Source of the DNA: Verrucomicrobiota bacterium
Lineage (GTDB): Bacteria > Verrucomicrobiota > Verrucomicrobiia > Limisphaerales > UBA11358
Assembly: GCA_049516755.1 (NCBI GenBank)
Contig: JBEKSU010000001.1
Span: forward strand, 1 to 51,306
Length of the DNA: 51,306 nt
Direction of reading: 5' to 3'
Under the pieces are notes generated by a model. It was not told where the DNA came from. It made no database searches and saw only the letters and a list, made by a program, of their open reading frames with translations. Of this stretch, positions 42,493 to 51,195 are shown one piece after another (the stretch's first letter is position 1; the number at the start of each line of letters is the position of its first letter). The translations under genes and the position numbers were made by a program.

Positions 42493-43575
42493 ATGTCTTT
42501 GTGGCATATGCACGGCGAAGGTATTATTTCACCCGACATGCATGCCATTTCTTCAGCCAAACCGGAAAACGCGCGGCATCAGCCTGACCCGGCGGCCGCG
42601 CCCGGTCATCGTGCCAGAGTCACTACCCTGATTTTGGTGGCCACCGGCCTCATCCTGTGGTCGTCGCCGCCAACGGCTTTGGTGGCCGGCATCCTGTTCG
42701 CGCTTTTAATCGGGCATCCGTTCGCCCATTGGAATCACCATGTCACCAAATGGCTGTTGCAAATTTGCGTTGTGTTGCTGGGTTTTGGCATGAACCTGCC
42801 GGCGGTGCTGCGCCTGGGACTCAACGGTTCGCTGTTCGCCGCCATGACCATCGGCGCCACGCTGGTCCTCGGCTGGTGGGTGGGACGCCGGTTGGCGCTG
42901 GACCGGAAGACCACCACGCTGATTTCGGTCGGCACCGCCATCTGCGGCGGTTCGGCCATTGCCGCCGTCAGTACGGTCATCGGGGCTTCGGAGGCGGAAA
43001 TCGCCGTGTCCATCGGCACGATTTTTCTGCTGAATGCCGTTGCGCTGTACGTTTTTCCGGTTGCCGGCCATCTGCTGCATTTGAGCCAGGCGCAATTCGG
43101 CCTGTGGGCGGGTGTGGCCATTCACGACATTTCGTCGGTGGTCGGCGCCGGCATGAGCTACGGGCCGGACGCCCTGCAAACCGCCACGGCGGTGAAGCTG
43201 TCGCGCACGCTGTGGATCGTGCCGTTGACGCTGGCCATCGCCTTTGGCCTCGGCCGGCGGGCGCGGGCGGGCGCGAGCGCGGAAGGTTTACACCGTGCCA
43301 AAAAATTCAAAATCGCCGTGCCGTGGTTCATCGGTTTTTTCCTGCTGGCTTCGTTGTTGCGCAGTTATGTTCCCGCGGTTTCGGATTGGTCGCCGGAGCT
43401 TTCGGGAATTGCGCGCCGGGGCATGATCCTGGTGCTGTTCCTGATTGGTACTTCGCTGTCCCTCCCCGCGTTGCGGGTGGTGGGTTGGCGGACGATGGTG
43501 GCCGGACTGGTGCTGTGGCTGTTCATCAGTGTTGCGTCGCTGCTGGCTATTTGCGGTTTGCACCTGGCCTCATGA
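42493..43575 (+). CDS. YeiH/UPF0324-family membrane transporter (putative sulfate-exporter family)
   Basis: About 10 TM helices. LISVGTAICGGSAIAAV signature. Classic divergent pairing with a LysR regulator. The start may be leaderless at 42493, or at 42538. Confidence 0.8.
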   Translation: MSLWHMHGEGIISPDMHAISSAKPENARHQPDPAAAPGHRARVTTLILVATGLILWSSPPTALVAGILFALLIGHPFAHWNHHVTKWLLQICVVLLGFGMNLPAVLRLGLNGSLFAAMTIGATLVLGWWVGRRLALDRKTTTLISVGTAICGGSAIAAVSTVIGASEAEIAVSIGTIFLLNAVALYVFPVAGHLLHLSQAQFGLWAGVAIHDISSVVGAGMSYGPDALQTATAVKLSRTLWIVPLTLAIAFGLGRRARAGASAEGLHRAKKFKIAVPWFIGFFLLASLLRSYVPAVSDWSPELSGIARRGMILVLFLIGTSLSLPALRVVGWRTMVAGLVLWLFISVASLLAICGLHLAS

Positions 43576-43601
43576 AAAGTCGTTTAACGCTCATATAACG
43601 C

Positions 43602-43626
43602 ACCCGCCAGCAATCACCCGGCGGGT
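43602..43626. terminator. hairpin between convergent genes
   Basis: ACCCGCC-11 nt-GGCGGGT. No clear U-tract. Confidence 0.3.
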
Positions 43627-44081
43627 TACTCGTCCAATACCTCGTTGAGCACCTTCCACCCATCCTTGGTTTTTGCCACGAGCAGTTTGAGTTCGTTGAA
43701 TGTGCCGTCGCGCAACCGGTGCAGCTCCGTCACCATCACGATGCCGTCGGTGTAAAGCTGGCGTTCAATGAAATAGCTTTCCACGCCCTTGAGGTCGGGC
43801 CACGACTCCGCAGTGGTTTTCCGGTAGGCCAGTTCCAAAAGCCGGGCGTTCTTCTTCCGCATTTCCGGGTCGCGCGCTAGGTTCGGGTCTAGATCCAGCA
43901 GCTTCAGCGTTCCTTCGATCATGAAATTCTTGCAGATGCAGGCGGATTCGATGTTCTGCCGGCGGCAGGCGTCTTCCAGGCAGAGGATGACGCCTTCCGG
44001 CGTGTCGAAGTCCTTTTCGACGTGGGGCAGCAGCGTGCGCAACTGCTCGAGGGTCAATTCCGGTTGTACGTTCTCTCGCAT
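43626..44081 (-). CDS. hypothetical protein (151 aa)
   Basis: Clean ORF with balanced composition and no recognisable motif. Confidence 0.5.
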   Translation of the reverse strand: MRENVQPELTLEQLRTLLPHVEKDFDTPEGVILCLEDACRRQNIESACICKNFMIEGTLKLLDLDPNLARDPEMRKKNARLLELAYRKTTAESWPDLKGVESYFIERQLYTDGIVMVTELHRLRDGTFNELKLLVAKTKDGWKVLNEVLDE

Positions 44082-44258
44082 GGTGCGGTCATGGCCGGGT
44101 ATGGGCTTAAACGCAACCTATTCGTTGACCGCCGTTCTGGCAATTTGTTCCGCAACTTTTCAAGCATCCTTTTTCACGGCTTCGACAGGGCCATTCCGAT
44201 CATTCCTTTCCCAATAATTGTGTGGCCGGTACCAACCCGCGGCTCGTATGTTGATGAC

Positions 44259-44471
44259 GTGAAACTGCAACAAGATCAGGTCTGGAAACGCGGCGACGAA
44301 TATTTGCGCATCCTGCATCTGGAGCGGCTGGAGGTGGAATACAAGTCCACCAAAAGCCTCACCACCCGCGAAGGGACATTTCATCACGTCAGCAAAAAGG
44401 ATTTTTGCCGCCTGCTGAAAACCGCCCACCTGATGACGCTCGAGGAAATCCAGAAGTCCTGGTATCACTGA
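44259..44471 (+). CDS. possible small hypothetical protein (GTG start)
   Basis: Only the 3' part of ORF 44022..44471 is free of overlap with 43626..44081. VKLQQDQVWKRGDEYLRILHLERLEVEYK... has coding-like composition. Confidence 0.25.
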   Translation: MKLQQDQVWKRGDEYLRILHLERLEVEYKSTKSLTTREGTFHHVSKKDFCRLLKTAHLMTLEEIQKSWYH

Positions 44472-44499
44472 CGCGCCCGTGTAGCTCCATACATTTATT

Positions 44500-44566
44500 T
44501 CGTCCTCGTTCTCGTCCTCATCCTCGGAACAAGCCCGGAGAAAAACGATTACGAGAACGAGGACGA
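44500..44566. terminator. long inverted repeat between convergent genes
   Basis: TCGTCCTCGTTCTCG (44500..44514) and CGAGAACGAGGACGA (44552..44566) form a perfect 15-bp stem with a 37-nt loop. Confidence 0.45.
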
Positions 44567-44624
44567 CGACGAGGACGATCCAGCCTCAGTCTTTCTCATT
44601 TCTGGCCTTGCATCAATTTGGCAC

Positions 44625-45920
44625 CTACCGCCGCCAGCGGCGAGGCGGACCTGAGTGCTGATGCTGTTCCGGCCTCCCTGAACGATGGGGTGAAAACGGA
44701 TGCGCAGGCTGCTGTGGCCGGCCTTGATTCGGTCCCCGTTGGAAATGACGTTCGGCTTCGGCAGGCTGTCCTTGCGGCGCCGCGACAGAATAATTAAAAC
44801 CTTCCGCCCGCTTGCGGACGATGCCGCGGCCGATGAACCGCTCCACCGAGCGCAATTCGTCCCGGTCCTCCGGCGTGACGAAGCTGATGGCGTCGCCCAC
44901 CGCGTGCGCCCGGCCGGTGCGGCCGATGCGGTGGACATAATCCTCCGCGTGCATCGGAAAATCATAGTTCACCACGTGCGAAATGCCGTCCACGTCGATG
45001 CCGCGCGCGGCTATGTCCGTGGCCACCAGCACGCGCACCGCGCCGGACTTGAAATCCTTCAAGGCCTTCAGCCGCTGGTTCTGCGAGCGGTTCGAGTGCA
45101 GCGCCGCCGTCCGGATGCCCTTGCTTTCGAGGTTGCGGGCAATGCGATCGGCGCTGTGTTTCATGCGGGAGAAGACGAGCACCATGTCCATCTCCGCGTT
45201 GCGGAGCAGATGCAACAGCAGAGACGGTTTCAAATGCTTGGGCACTTCGTAGATGAGCTGCGTGACCGTCTCGGCGGGGTTCGAGCGGCGGCCGATCTGG
45301 ATCATTTTCGGCGAGCGCTGAAATTCGTGCGTGAGGGTTTCAATCTCGCGGGAAAGGGTGGCGGAAAACATCAGCGTCTGCCGTTGCTTCGGCAATTGCT
45401 GCACGATGCGCCGGATGTCGGGCAGAAAACCCATGTCGAGCATCCGGTCGGCTTCATCAAGCACGAGGAATTGCAATCCGGAAAAATCGGCGCAGCGCCG
45501 GCCCATCAGGTCCAGCAGCCGTCCCGGGCAGGCGATGACGATGTCCGTGGCGGCCCGCAGCGCGCGGATTTGCGGCTGTTCGCCCACGCCGCCGAAGACC
45601 GTGGCAACGGTCAGCGGGAGATATTTCGCGTAAGCCCGCACGTTTTCATCGATCTGCAGGACGAGTTCGCGCGTGGGCGCGATCACCAACACCCGCGTGC
45701 CGCGGCGCTGGCCCGGGGCGGGCGGGGCCGCGAGCCGGGTGAGAATGGGCAATGTGAACGCCGCGGTTTTTCCCGTGCCGGTCTGGGCGATGCCGATGAG
45801 GTCGTGTCCGGCGAGCAGCGGCGGGATGGCGGCGGTCTGGATGGGGGTGGGTTCGGTGTAGCCGGCGTCCTGCACGGCGTGCAAAATTCTGGCGTCAAGG
45901 CCAAGGTTGCGAAAGGGCAT
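44625..45920 (-). CDS. rhlE: DEAD-box ATP-dependent RNA helicase (RhlE-like)
   Basis: Q-motif region, AQTGTGKT, PTRELV, DEAD (VLDEADRMLDMGF), SAT, ARGID, HRIGRTGR. Arg/Pro-rich tail. Confidence 0.9.
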   Translation of the reverse strand: MPFRNLGLDARILHAVQDAGYTEPTPIQTAAIPPLLAGHDLIGIAQTGTGKTAAFTLPILTRLAAPPAPGQRRGTRVLVIAPTRELVLQIDENVRAYAKYLPLTVATVFGGVGEQPQIRALRAATDIVIACPGRLLDLMGRRCADFSGLQFLVLDEADRMLDMGFLPDIRRIVQQLPKQRQTLMFSATLSREIETLTHEFQRSPKMIQIGRRSNPAETVTQLIYEVPKHLKPSLLLHLLRNAEMDMVLVFSRMKHSADRIARNLESKGIRTAALHSNRSQNQRLKALKDFKSGAVRVLVATDIAARGIDVDGISHVVNYDFPMHAEDYVHRIGRTGRAHAVGDAISFVTPEDRDELRSVERFIGRGIVRKRAEGFNYSVAAPQGQPAEAERHFQRGPNQGRPQQPAHPFSPHRSGRPEQHQHSGPPRRWRR

Positions 45921-45999
45921 GGTATTAAAAGTGTGGTTTGGGGACAGGTTTGGACCCGCCCGGATGCGGGCGTTTGCCGGCGAAGGTCGCGAGAAAAGT

Positions 46000-46215
46000 T
46001 TACTTCAGCCGCCAGGTGATGCGCGCCTTGTCCAGATCGTAGGGCGACATCTCCATCTTCACGCGGTCGCCGACGGTCAGGCGCACCCAGCGTTTGCGCA
46101 TCTTGCCGCAAATCGTGGCGAGCACGAGATGTTTGTTGGCCAGTTCGACGCGGAACATCGTGCCGGGCAGCACGGTGGTGACGCAACCTTCCACTTCAAT
46201 GTGTTCTTCTTTCAT
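46000..46215 (-). CDS. infA: translation initiation factor IF-1
   Basis: 71 aa: [64 protein letters not shown]. Confidence 0.95.
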   Translation of the reverse strand: MKEEHIEVEGCVTTVLPGTMFRVELANKHLVLATICGKMRKRWVRLTVGDRVKMEMSPYDLDKARITWRLK

Positions 46216-46243
46216 GGCGATAAATCGGCAATGACAACCAAAT

Positions 46244-46280
46244 CAAAAATAAAAGCGGGGCCGGTTCACCCGAACCCCGC
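46244..46280 (-). terminator. rho-independent terminator after RRM gene copy A
   Basis: Minus strand GCGGGG...CCCCGC stem followed by TTTTATTTTTG. Confidence 0.7.
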
Positions 46281-46299
46281 CACGAAAATCCTGCGGGGA

Positions 46300-46617
46300 T
46301 CAGTAACGATTCCGCCCGCCACCGCTGCCGCCGTATTCACGGCGACCGCCGCCGCCGGCTGGACGCTCTTCGCGCGGCTTGGCCACGTTGACCGTGAGGG
46401 CGCGACCGCCCAGTTCCGAGCCGTTCAGCGCCGCAATGGCCTTTTGCGCCTCCTCGGCGGAGTTCATGGTGATGAAACCAAAGCCACGGGGACGGCCGGT
46501 TTCCCGGTCCATCAACAGGTTGGTTTCCGTGACCGTGCCGTGCACGGCAAACGCGTCGTTCAGGTCGTTTTCAGTGGTGTCAAAGGAAAGATTCCCGACA
46601 AATATTTTATTGCTCAT
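46300..46617 (-). CDS. RRM (RNP-1/RNP-2) glycine-rich RNA-binding protein, copy A
   Basis: RNP-2 IFVGNL, RNP-1 RGFGFITM, RGG-rich tail. Start taken at MSNKIF. About 90% identical to 50878..51195. Confidence 0.9.
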   Translation of the reverse strand: MSNKIFVGNLSFDTTENDLNDAFAVHGTVTETNLLMDRETGRPRGFGFITMNSAEEAQKAIAALNGSELGGRALTVNVAKPREERPAGGGGRREYGGSGGGRNRY

Positions 46618-46725
46618 GTGATGTTTTACTGTCCGACAAACCGGTACTTTCCACAGACTGTTCCCGAACATCGGGTTTAAAATCATCACTGAACCCAGTT
46701 CACTTGAAGATTCACCATGCCTTGA
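46618..46725 (-). promoter_or_regulatory. conserved 5' leader of the RRM gene (copy A)
   Basis: Block-wise conserved with 51196..51306 (gtgatgttt, cagactgttcccg, aaatcatcactgaac, agttcacYtgaagattYaccatgcc). Confidence 0.5.
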
Positions 46726-46862
46726 AAGAGACAAGCTATCCAACAGACATGCACAGTGTGACTGATCCGGCCGCAATAGCGATAACTATCGGCAACTATC
46801 TTTTGGACCCAACTTCCGCGCCGCCGGCACCCATAACGGCTCGCAAGGGGTTCGCTTCGCGG

Positions 46863-47291
46863 CTAGAACTTCAATGACCGCAGATAAGCCACCACGGCCA
46901 CGGCATCGTCGTGGTTGAGACGGAATTGCGGCATGGGCGGCAGGGCGGTTTTGCCCTGGGCATTGGTGCCGGTTTCGAAAAATTTCACCGCCGCTTTGTC
47001 CTGGGCGAAGGTCGGCAGGCCGGCAATCGGCGGGGCGATGGCGGCGAAAGGCATGGGGCGGGTCGGCTTGTAATCAATCAGCTCGCCCTGCAGCCATTGC
47101 GACCGGTCGTATTCCCCCTTGTCGTTCCGCGGCGAATGACATTCCTCGCACACGCAAACCCGTTCGACCAGATACTGGCCGCGTTTGATTTGCGCGTTGG
47201 TGGCGGAAGTTGCCGGTTGGAGATTGTTGGTTTCCGCCGCGAACAAGGCGAACGTCAATGTTAGCAAAGGGATGATTATTTTAAGCTTCAT
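46863..47291 (-). CDS. periplasmic c-type cytochrome
   Basis: Signal peptide, a single CEECH (CxxCH) haem site, distal Met in PPMPQF. Confidence 0.8.
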   Translation of the reverse strand: MKLKIIIPLLTLTFALFAAETNNLQPATSATNAQIKRGQYLVERVCVCEECHSPRNDKGEYDRSQWLQGELIDYKPTRPMPFAAIAPPIAGLPTFAQDKAAVKFFETGTNAQGKTALPPMPQFRLNHDDAVAVVAYLRSLKF

Positions 47292-47391
47292 GCGCGTTTT
47301 CTAGCCGTTCGCCCAAGCCGGAACAAGTGGAAAACATCTGTTGAAACCACGGATGGACACGGACAACCTGACCGAGCCTGGAATGGATTCG

Positions 47392-47467
47392 GGGAGCGCC
47401 GGCGTCTCGCCGGCCGTGTTGCCTTGTAATCAGTTGATTCGCTCGCCGGCGAGACGCCAGCGCTCCC
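47392..47467. repeat. 23-bp-arm palindromic intergenic element
   Basis: GGGAGCGCCGGCGTCTCGCCGGC (47392..47414) pairs with GCCGGCGAGACGCCAGCGCTCCC (47445..47467), 22 of 23 complementary, 30-nt loop. Each arm is itself a mini-hairpin (GCCGGCG-TCT-CGCCGGC). Confidence 0.7.
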
Positions 47468-47552
47468 AGAAGGGAGAAATAGAGATCGTGGCAATCCTCA
47501 AATCCGCTATTTTACCTGGACTGCACTTCATCGCTGTTCGCTGTTGTTTGAT

Positions 47553-48896
47553 TCACTTCGCCGCCATCGCACGACCGGCCAGCCAGCCGGTTGTCCAGGC
47601 GGCCTGGAAATTGAAGCCGCCGGTCACGCCGTCAATGTCGAGCAGTTCACCGGCGAAAAACAGTCCCGGACAAACCTTGCTCTCCATCGTCTTGAAATTT
47701 ACCTCGCCCAAGCGCACGCCGCCGCACGTCACAAATTCGTCCTGGTTCAAGCTTTTGCCCGTCACCGCGAATTCCGTGCGGATTAATTGCTGGACGAGCT
47801 GATGCTGCGCAGCCCGGGAAAGCGCCGCCCAGCGCGTATCGCGTGCGATGCCGGCGGCCAGGACAAGTTGCTCCCACAAGCGCGCCGGCAACGGCGTCAC
47901 CGGCACGTTGACGACGAGACGGGCGGGTTGCGCGGTCTGGCGCAATTTAAGTTCGGCGGCAATCGTCTCCGCGTTGAGCTGCGGCAGCCAGTTGACCTGC
48001 AACGGAAACCGGTAATTCAATCCGTGCAACGCCCGCGCGCCCCACGCTGAGAGCCGCAAAATTGCCGGGCCGCTCAAGCCCTGATGCGTCACCAGCAACG
48101 GTCCGCGCTCGCGCAGTTTGGCCGCCGGCACGGACACCTCGACCGCGCCGACGGAAATGCCCGCCAGCGACCGCAGCCACGGCGATTCGATGCGAAACGT
48201 GAACAGCGACGGCACGGGCGGTTCCAGCGTATGGCCGAGCGCCACCGCCAGTTGCCCCGCTGCCGCCGCGCGGCAGCCGCCCGTGGCCAGCAACAGCCGG
48301 TCGCAGGTGATGGGATCACTTCCCACCGTGGATGGAGCGCCGAGCACTGGCTCGGCATTTTGTCCCGCCAAGACTGGAAACGGTTCGTGCCGAGACGGTG
48401 CTCGGCGCCCCAATTCAACTTCATATTTGCCGCCCGGCAATCTTGTTACCCGCTCGACGCCGCAATTCAACTGCAGCTTCACGCCCGCAGCCCGGGCTGA
48501 ATGCAGCAGGCAATTGACAATAATTTCCGATGAATCACTGACGGGGAACATGCGGCCGTCGGCCTCGGTTTTCAGTTTCACGCCGCGCGATTCAAACCAC
48601 GCCACCGTGTCGCTGGCCTGAAAGTTTTTGAAGGGAGCCAGCAACGCCCGCCCGCCGCGCGGATAACGGGCGGTCAATTCACGCGCATCGAAACAGGCAT
48701 GGGTGACATTGCAACGGCCGCCGCCGGAAATGCGGACCTTGGCGAGGAACTGCGGTCCGCGTTCGAGCACGGCCACCTCCGCGTCGGGAGCGGCCTCGGC
48801 GCAGGTGATGGCGGCAAAAAAACCCGCCGCACCTCCGCCGACAACAACGACGCGTCGCGAACTCATGCGCTGGAATTTAGCCGGACGCGCCGCCAA
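47553..48896 (-). CDS. HI0933/BaiN-type FAD-dependent oxidoreductase
   Basis: VVVVGGGAAGFFAAI dinucleotide fold, GGRCNVTH, C-terminal GELLDIDGVTGGFNFQAAWTTG. The start may be at 48866. Confidence 0.85.
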   Translation of the reverse strand: MAARPAKFQRMSSRRVVVVGGGAAGFFAAITCAEAAPDAEVAVLERGPQFLAKVRISGGGRCNVTHACFDARELTARYPRGGRALLAPFKNFQASDTVAWFESRGVKLKTEADGRMFPVSDSSEIIVNCLLHSARAAGVKLQLNCGVERVTRLPGGKYEVELGRRAPSRHEPFPVLAGQNAEPVLGAPSTVGSDPITCDRLLLATGGCRAAAAGQLAVALGHTLEPPVPSLFTFRIESPWLRSLAGISVGAVEVSVPAAKLRERGPLLVTHQGLSGPAILRLSAWGARALHGLNYRFPLQVNWLPQLNAETIAAELKLRQTAQPARLVVNVPVTPLPARLWEQLVLAAGIARDTRWAALSRAAQHQLVQQLIRTEFAVTGKSLNQDEFVTCGGVRLGEVNFKTMESKVCPGLFFAGELLDIDGVTGGFNFQAAWTTGWLAGRAMAAK

Positions 48897-48929
48897 AGTC
48901 TCTCCAAAGCGTGAGACTTTTTGCGGAAT

Positions 48930-48938
48930 TGGTATAAT
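48930..48938 (+). promoter_or_regulatory. extended -10 promoter (TGGTATAAT) predicting a leaderless mpg mRNA
   Basis: TATAAT at 48933..48938 is preceded by TGG. The ATG at 48945 lies 7 nt downstream, at the expected transcription start. Confidence 0.4.
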
Positions 48939-48944
48939 GCCGCC

Positions 48945-49484
48945 ATGCGAAGGTTGCCGCGCTCATTTTACGACCGGGACACGATTACCGTCGCGAAGGA
49001 ATTGCTGGGCAAATGGCTGGTCCACGGGGAACGCGTCGGCCGGATTGTGGAGGTGGAGGCGTATCTCGGCCCACACGATCTGGCGGCGCATTCGGCCCGG
49101 GGACTGACCGAACGGACAAAGGTGATGTTCGGCCCGCCGGGCCATGCCTACGTCTATTTCATCTACGGGATGCATCACTGCATGAACGTGGTGACGGAGC
49201 GCGAAGGCCATGCGTCCGCCGTGTTGTTGCGCGCCGTCGAGCCGGTGCGCCAGGTCACGGGCCGGACCTGCGGTCCCGGCCTGCTCTGCCGCGCGCTGGA
49301 CATTGACCGGCGCCTGAACGCGCACGACCTGTTCAGCGACGATTTTTACATCGCCGCGCCGCCCAAAGCCGGACCGATAATCATTGTGAAACGCCCGCGA
49401 GTGGGGGTGGATTACGCGCGGCATTGGGCGAAGCGGCATTTGCGGTTTTACATCAAAGGCAATCCGTATGTGTCGCGGCCCTAG
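48945..49484 (+). CDS. mpg: DNA-3-methyladenine glycosylase (Mpg/AAG family)
   Basis: FYDRDTITVAKELLGKWLV, GRIVEVEAYLGPHDLAAHS, GHAYVYFIYGMHHCMNVV. Confidence 0.85.
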   Translation: MRRLPRSFYDRDTITVAKELLGKWLVHGERVGRIVEVEAYLGPHDLAAHSARGLTERTKVMFGPPGHAYVYFIYGMHHCMNVVTEREGHASAVLLRAVEPVRQVTGRTCGPGLLCRALDIDRRLNAHDLFSDDFYIAAPPKAGPIIIVKRPRVGVDYARHWAKRHLRFYIKGNPYVSRP

Positions 49485-49535
49485 CGTGCCATGTTGAAGC
49501 CTTGACGCATTCCAGCGCGTCGTTACCCTTGCGAT

Positions 49536-50816
49536 ATGAATGCCAACAGGAGTCTTTCCAGAACTTGCGTCACCGCAATGGTTGCCGGCTTCATCTATGC
49601 ATGCACCTTCAGTGTTCCGGCGCAAGGCATCCCGTTGCCGGTGATTCCCAAGGCGACGTTCAACATCACCAACTACGGCGCGGTCGGCGATGGCCGGACA
49701 ATGAACACCGAGGCTCTGCAAAAGACCATCGACGCGGCTTCCGCCGCCGGAGGGGGCACGGTGCTGGTTCCGGACGGGAAGTTTCTGACCGGGCCATTCA
49801 CGCTGGCCAGCAGCATCAATCTGCATCTCGCCCGGAACGCATTTATTTTAATCGGCAATGACCTGAAAAATTATCCGTTTGCCAACCGGCGATATCAGGA
49901 CAGCATCACCGCCAGCGGCGCGCATGACCTCGAAATCAGCGGCGAGGGAACGATTGACGGCCAGGGCAATCCCTGGTGGACGGCTTTTCGGGCGAACAAG
50001 TCCATGATGCACCGGCCGTTCATGATCAAGCTGTTAAACTGCACCCGGGTGTATGTCCACGGCGTCGCCCTTTGCAATTCGCCCATGTTCCATCTGGTGC
50101 CGCAGAACTGCCAGGATGTGACGATCCAGGGCATCACCATCAAGGCGCCGGCGAATGCCCCCAACACCGACGGCATCGACCCTTCCGGATGGAATTTTCT
50201 GATTGCCGACTGCATGATTGACGTCGGAGACGACAACATTGCCATCAAACCCATGGGCAGCCGCACGCCGGCGAACAAAAACTTCACGATCAAGAATTGT
50301 ACGTTCGTACACGGGCACGGGTGCTCGATTGGCTCCGGCACCGCCGGCGGGATTGAGGATTTGCGGGTGAGCGATTGCACCTTTAACCAGACCGACTCGG
50401 GCATTCGCATCAAGACGCTGCGCGGGAACGGCGGTTTGCTTCAGAATTGCACGTATGAAAACCTCAAGATGACGGCGGTGAAGAACCCGATTTATATCAT
50501 TGATTATTATCCGGAACGTAACGCGCCCAAGGACCCGGCCACCGAGCAGCCCGAACCCATCACCGACCGGACGCCCTTCAACAAGAACATCAGCATCCGC
50601 AACGTGACCGCGACCGATTGTCTGACCGCCGGCACGATCCGGGGTTTGCCGGAGGCGCCCATCACCGACGTGACGCTGTCGAATGTGAATATTACGGCCA
50701 AGACCGGGATGAAAATTTATTACGCCCGGGGAATCCGGTTTGAGGGATCGAAGATTGTGGCCGAGGCCGGAAGGCCGCTGATGACCTACGAGGCCGAGGT
50801 CACGGGGCTGAAATAA
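49536..50816 (+). CDS. glycoside hydrolase family 28 (polygalacturonase-like)
   Basis: Signal peptide, YGAVGDGRTMNT, NTDGIDP, GDDNIAIK, GHGCSIGS, RIKT. Confidence 0.9.
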   Translation: MNANRSLSRTCVTAMVAGFIYACTFSVPAQGIPLPVIPKATFNITNYGAVGDGRTMNTEALQKTIDAASAAGGGTVLVPDGKFLTGPFTLASSINLHLARNAFILIGNDLKNYPFANRRYQDSITASGAHDLEISGEGTIDGQGNPWWTAFRANKSMMHRPFMIKLLNCTRVYVHGVALCNSPMFHLVPQNCQDVTIQGITIKAPANAPNTDGIDPSGWNFLIADCMIDVGDDNIAIKPMGSRTPANKNFTIKNCTFVHGHGCSIGSGTAGGIEDLRVSDCTFNQTDSGIRIKTLRGNGGLLQNCTYENLKMTAVKNPIYIIDYYPERNAPKDPATEQPEPITDRTPFNKNISIRNVTATDCLTAGTIRGLPEAPITDVTLSNVNITAKTGMKIYYARGIRFEGSKIVAEAGRPLMTYEAEVTGLK

Positions 50817-50821
50817 TCCGC

Positions 50822-50859
50822 AAAAAAAGGGCGGGACCTGGTTTGACCCGGGCCCCGCC
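50822..50859 (-). terminator. rho-independent terminator after RRM gene copy B
   Basis: Minus strand GGCGGGGCC...GGTCCCGCC (9 bp, one G-U) followed by CTTTTTTT. Confidence 0.65.
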
Positions 50860-50877
50860 GTGAAATCTCAAGCGCGA

Positions 50878-51195
50878 TTAGTAGCGATTGCGACCGCCAC
50901 CGCCGCCGCCGTATTCACGACGGCCACCGCCACCAGCCGGACGCTCTTCGCGCGGCTTGGCCACGTTGACCGTGAGGGCGCGACCGCCCAGTTGCGAGCC
51001 GTTGAGCGCCGCAATGGCCTTCTGCGCCTCTTCGGGCGAGTTCATGGTGACGAAACCAAAACCCCGGGGACGGCCGGTGGTCCGGTCCATCATCAGATTG
51101 GTTTCCACGACCGTGCCGTGCGCCGCGAAGGCGTCCTGCAAGTCGTTTTCAGTGGTGTCGAAGGAAAGATTTCCAACAAACAATTTATTACTCAT
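50878..51195 (-). CDS. RRM glycine-rich RNA-binding protein, copy B
   Basis: LFVGNL, RGFGFVTM, RGG tail. 105 aa. Confidence 0.9.
   Translation of the reverse strand: MSNKLFVGNLSFDTTENDLQDAFAAHGTVVETNLMMDRTTGRPRGFGFVTMNSPEEAQKAIAALNGSQLGGRALTVNVAKPREERPAGGGGRREYGGGGGGRNRY

Noticed and set aside
44700-46019. 439-aa ORF on the plus strand
   Set aside because: It is antisense to rhlE, which has a full set of DEAD-box motifs, and to infA. Low-complexity Arg/Gly/Ala composition.
48963-49826. 287-aa minus-strand ORF
   Set aside because: It is antisense to mpg and the 5' end of the GH28 gene. No motifs.
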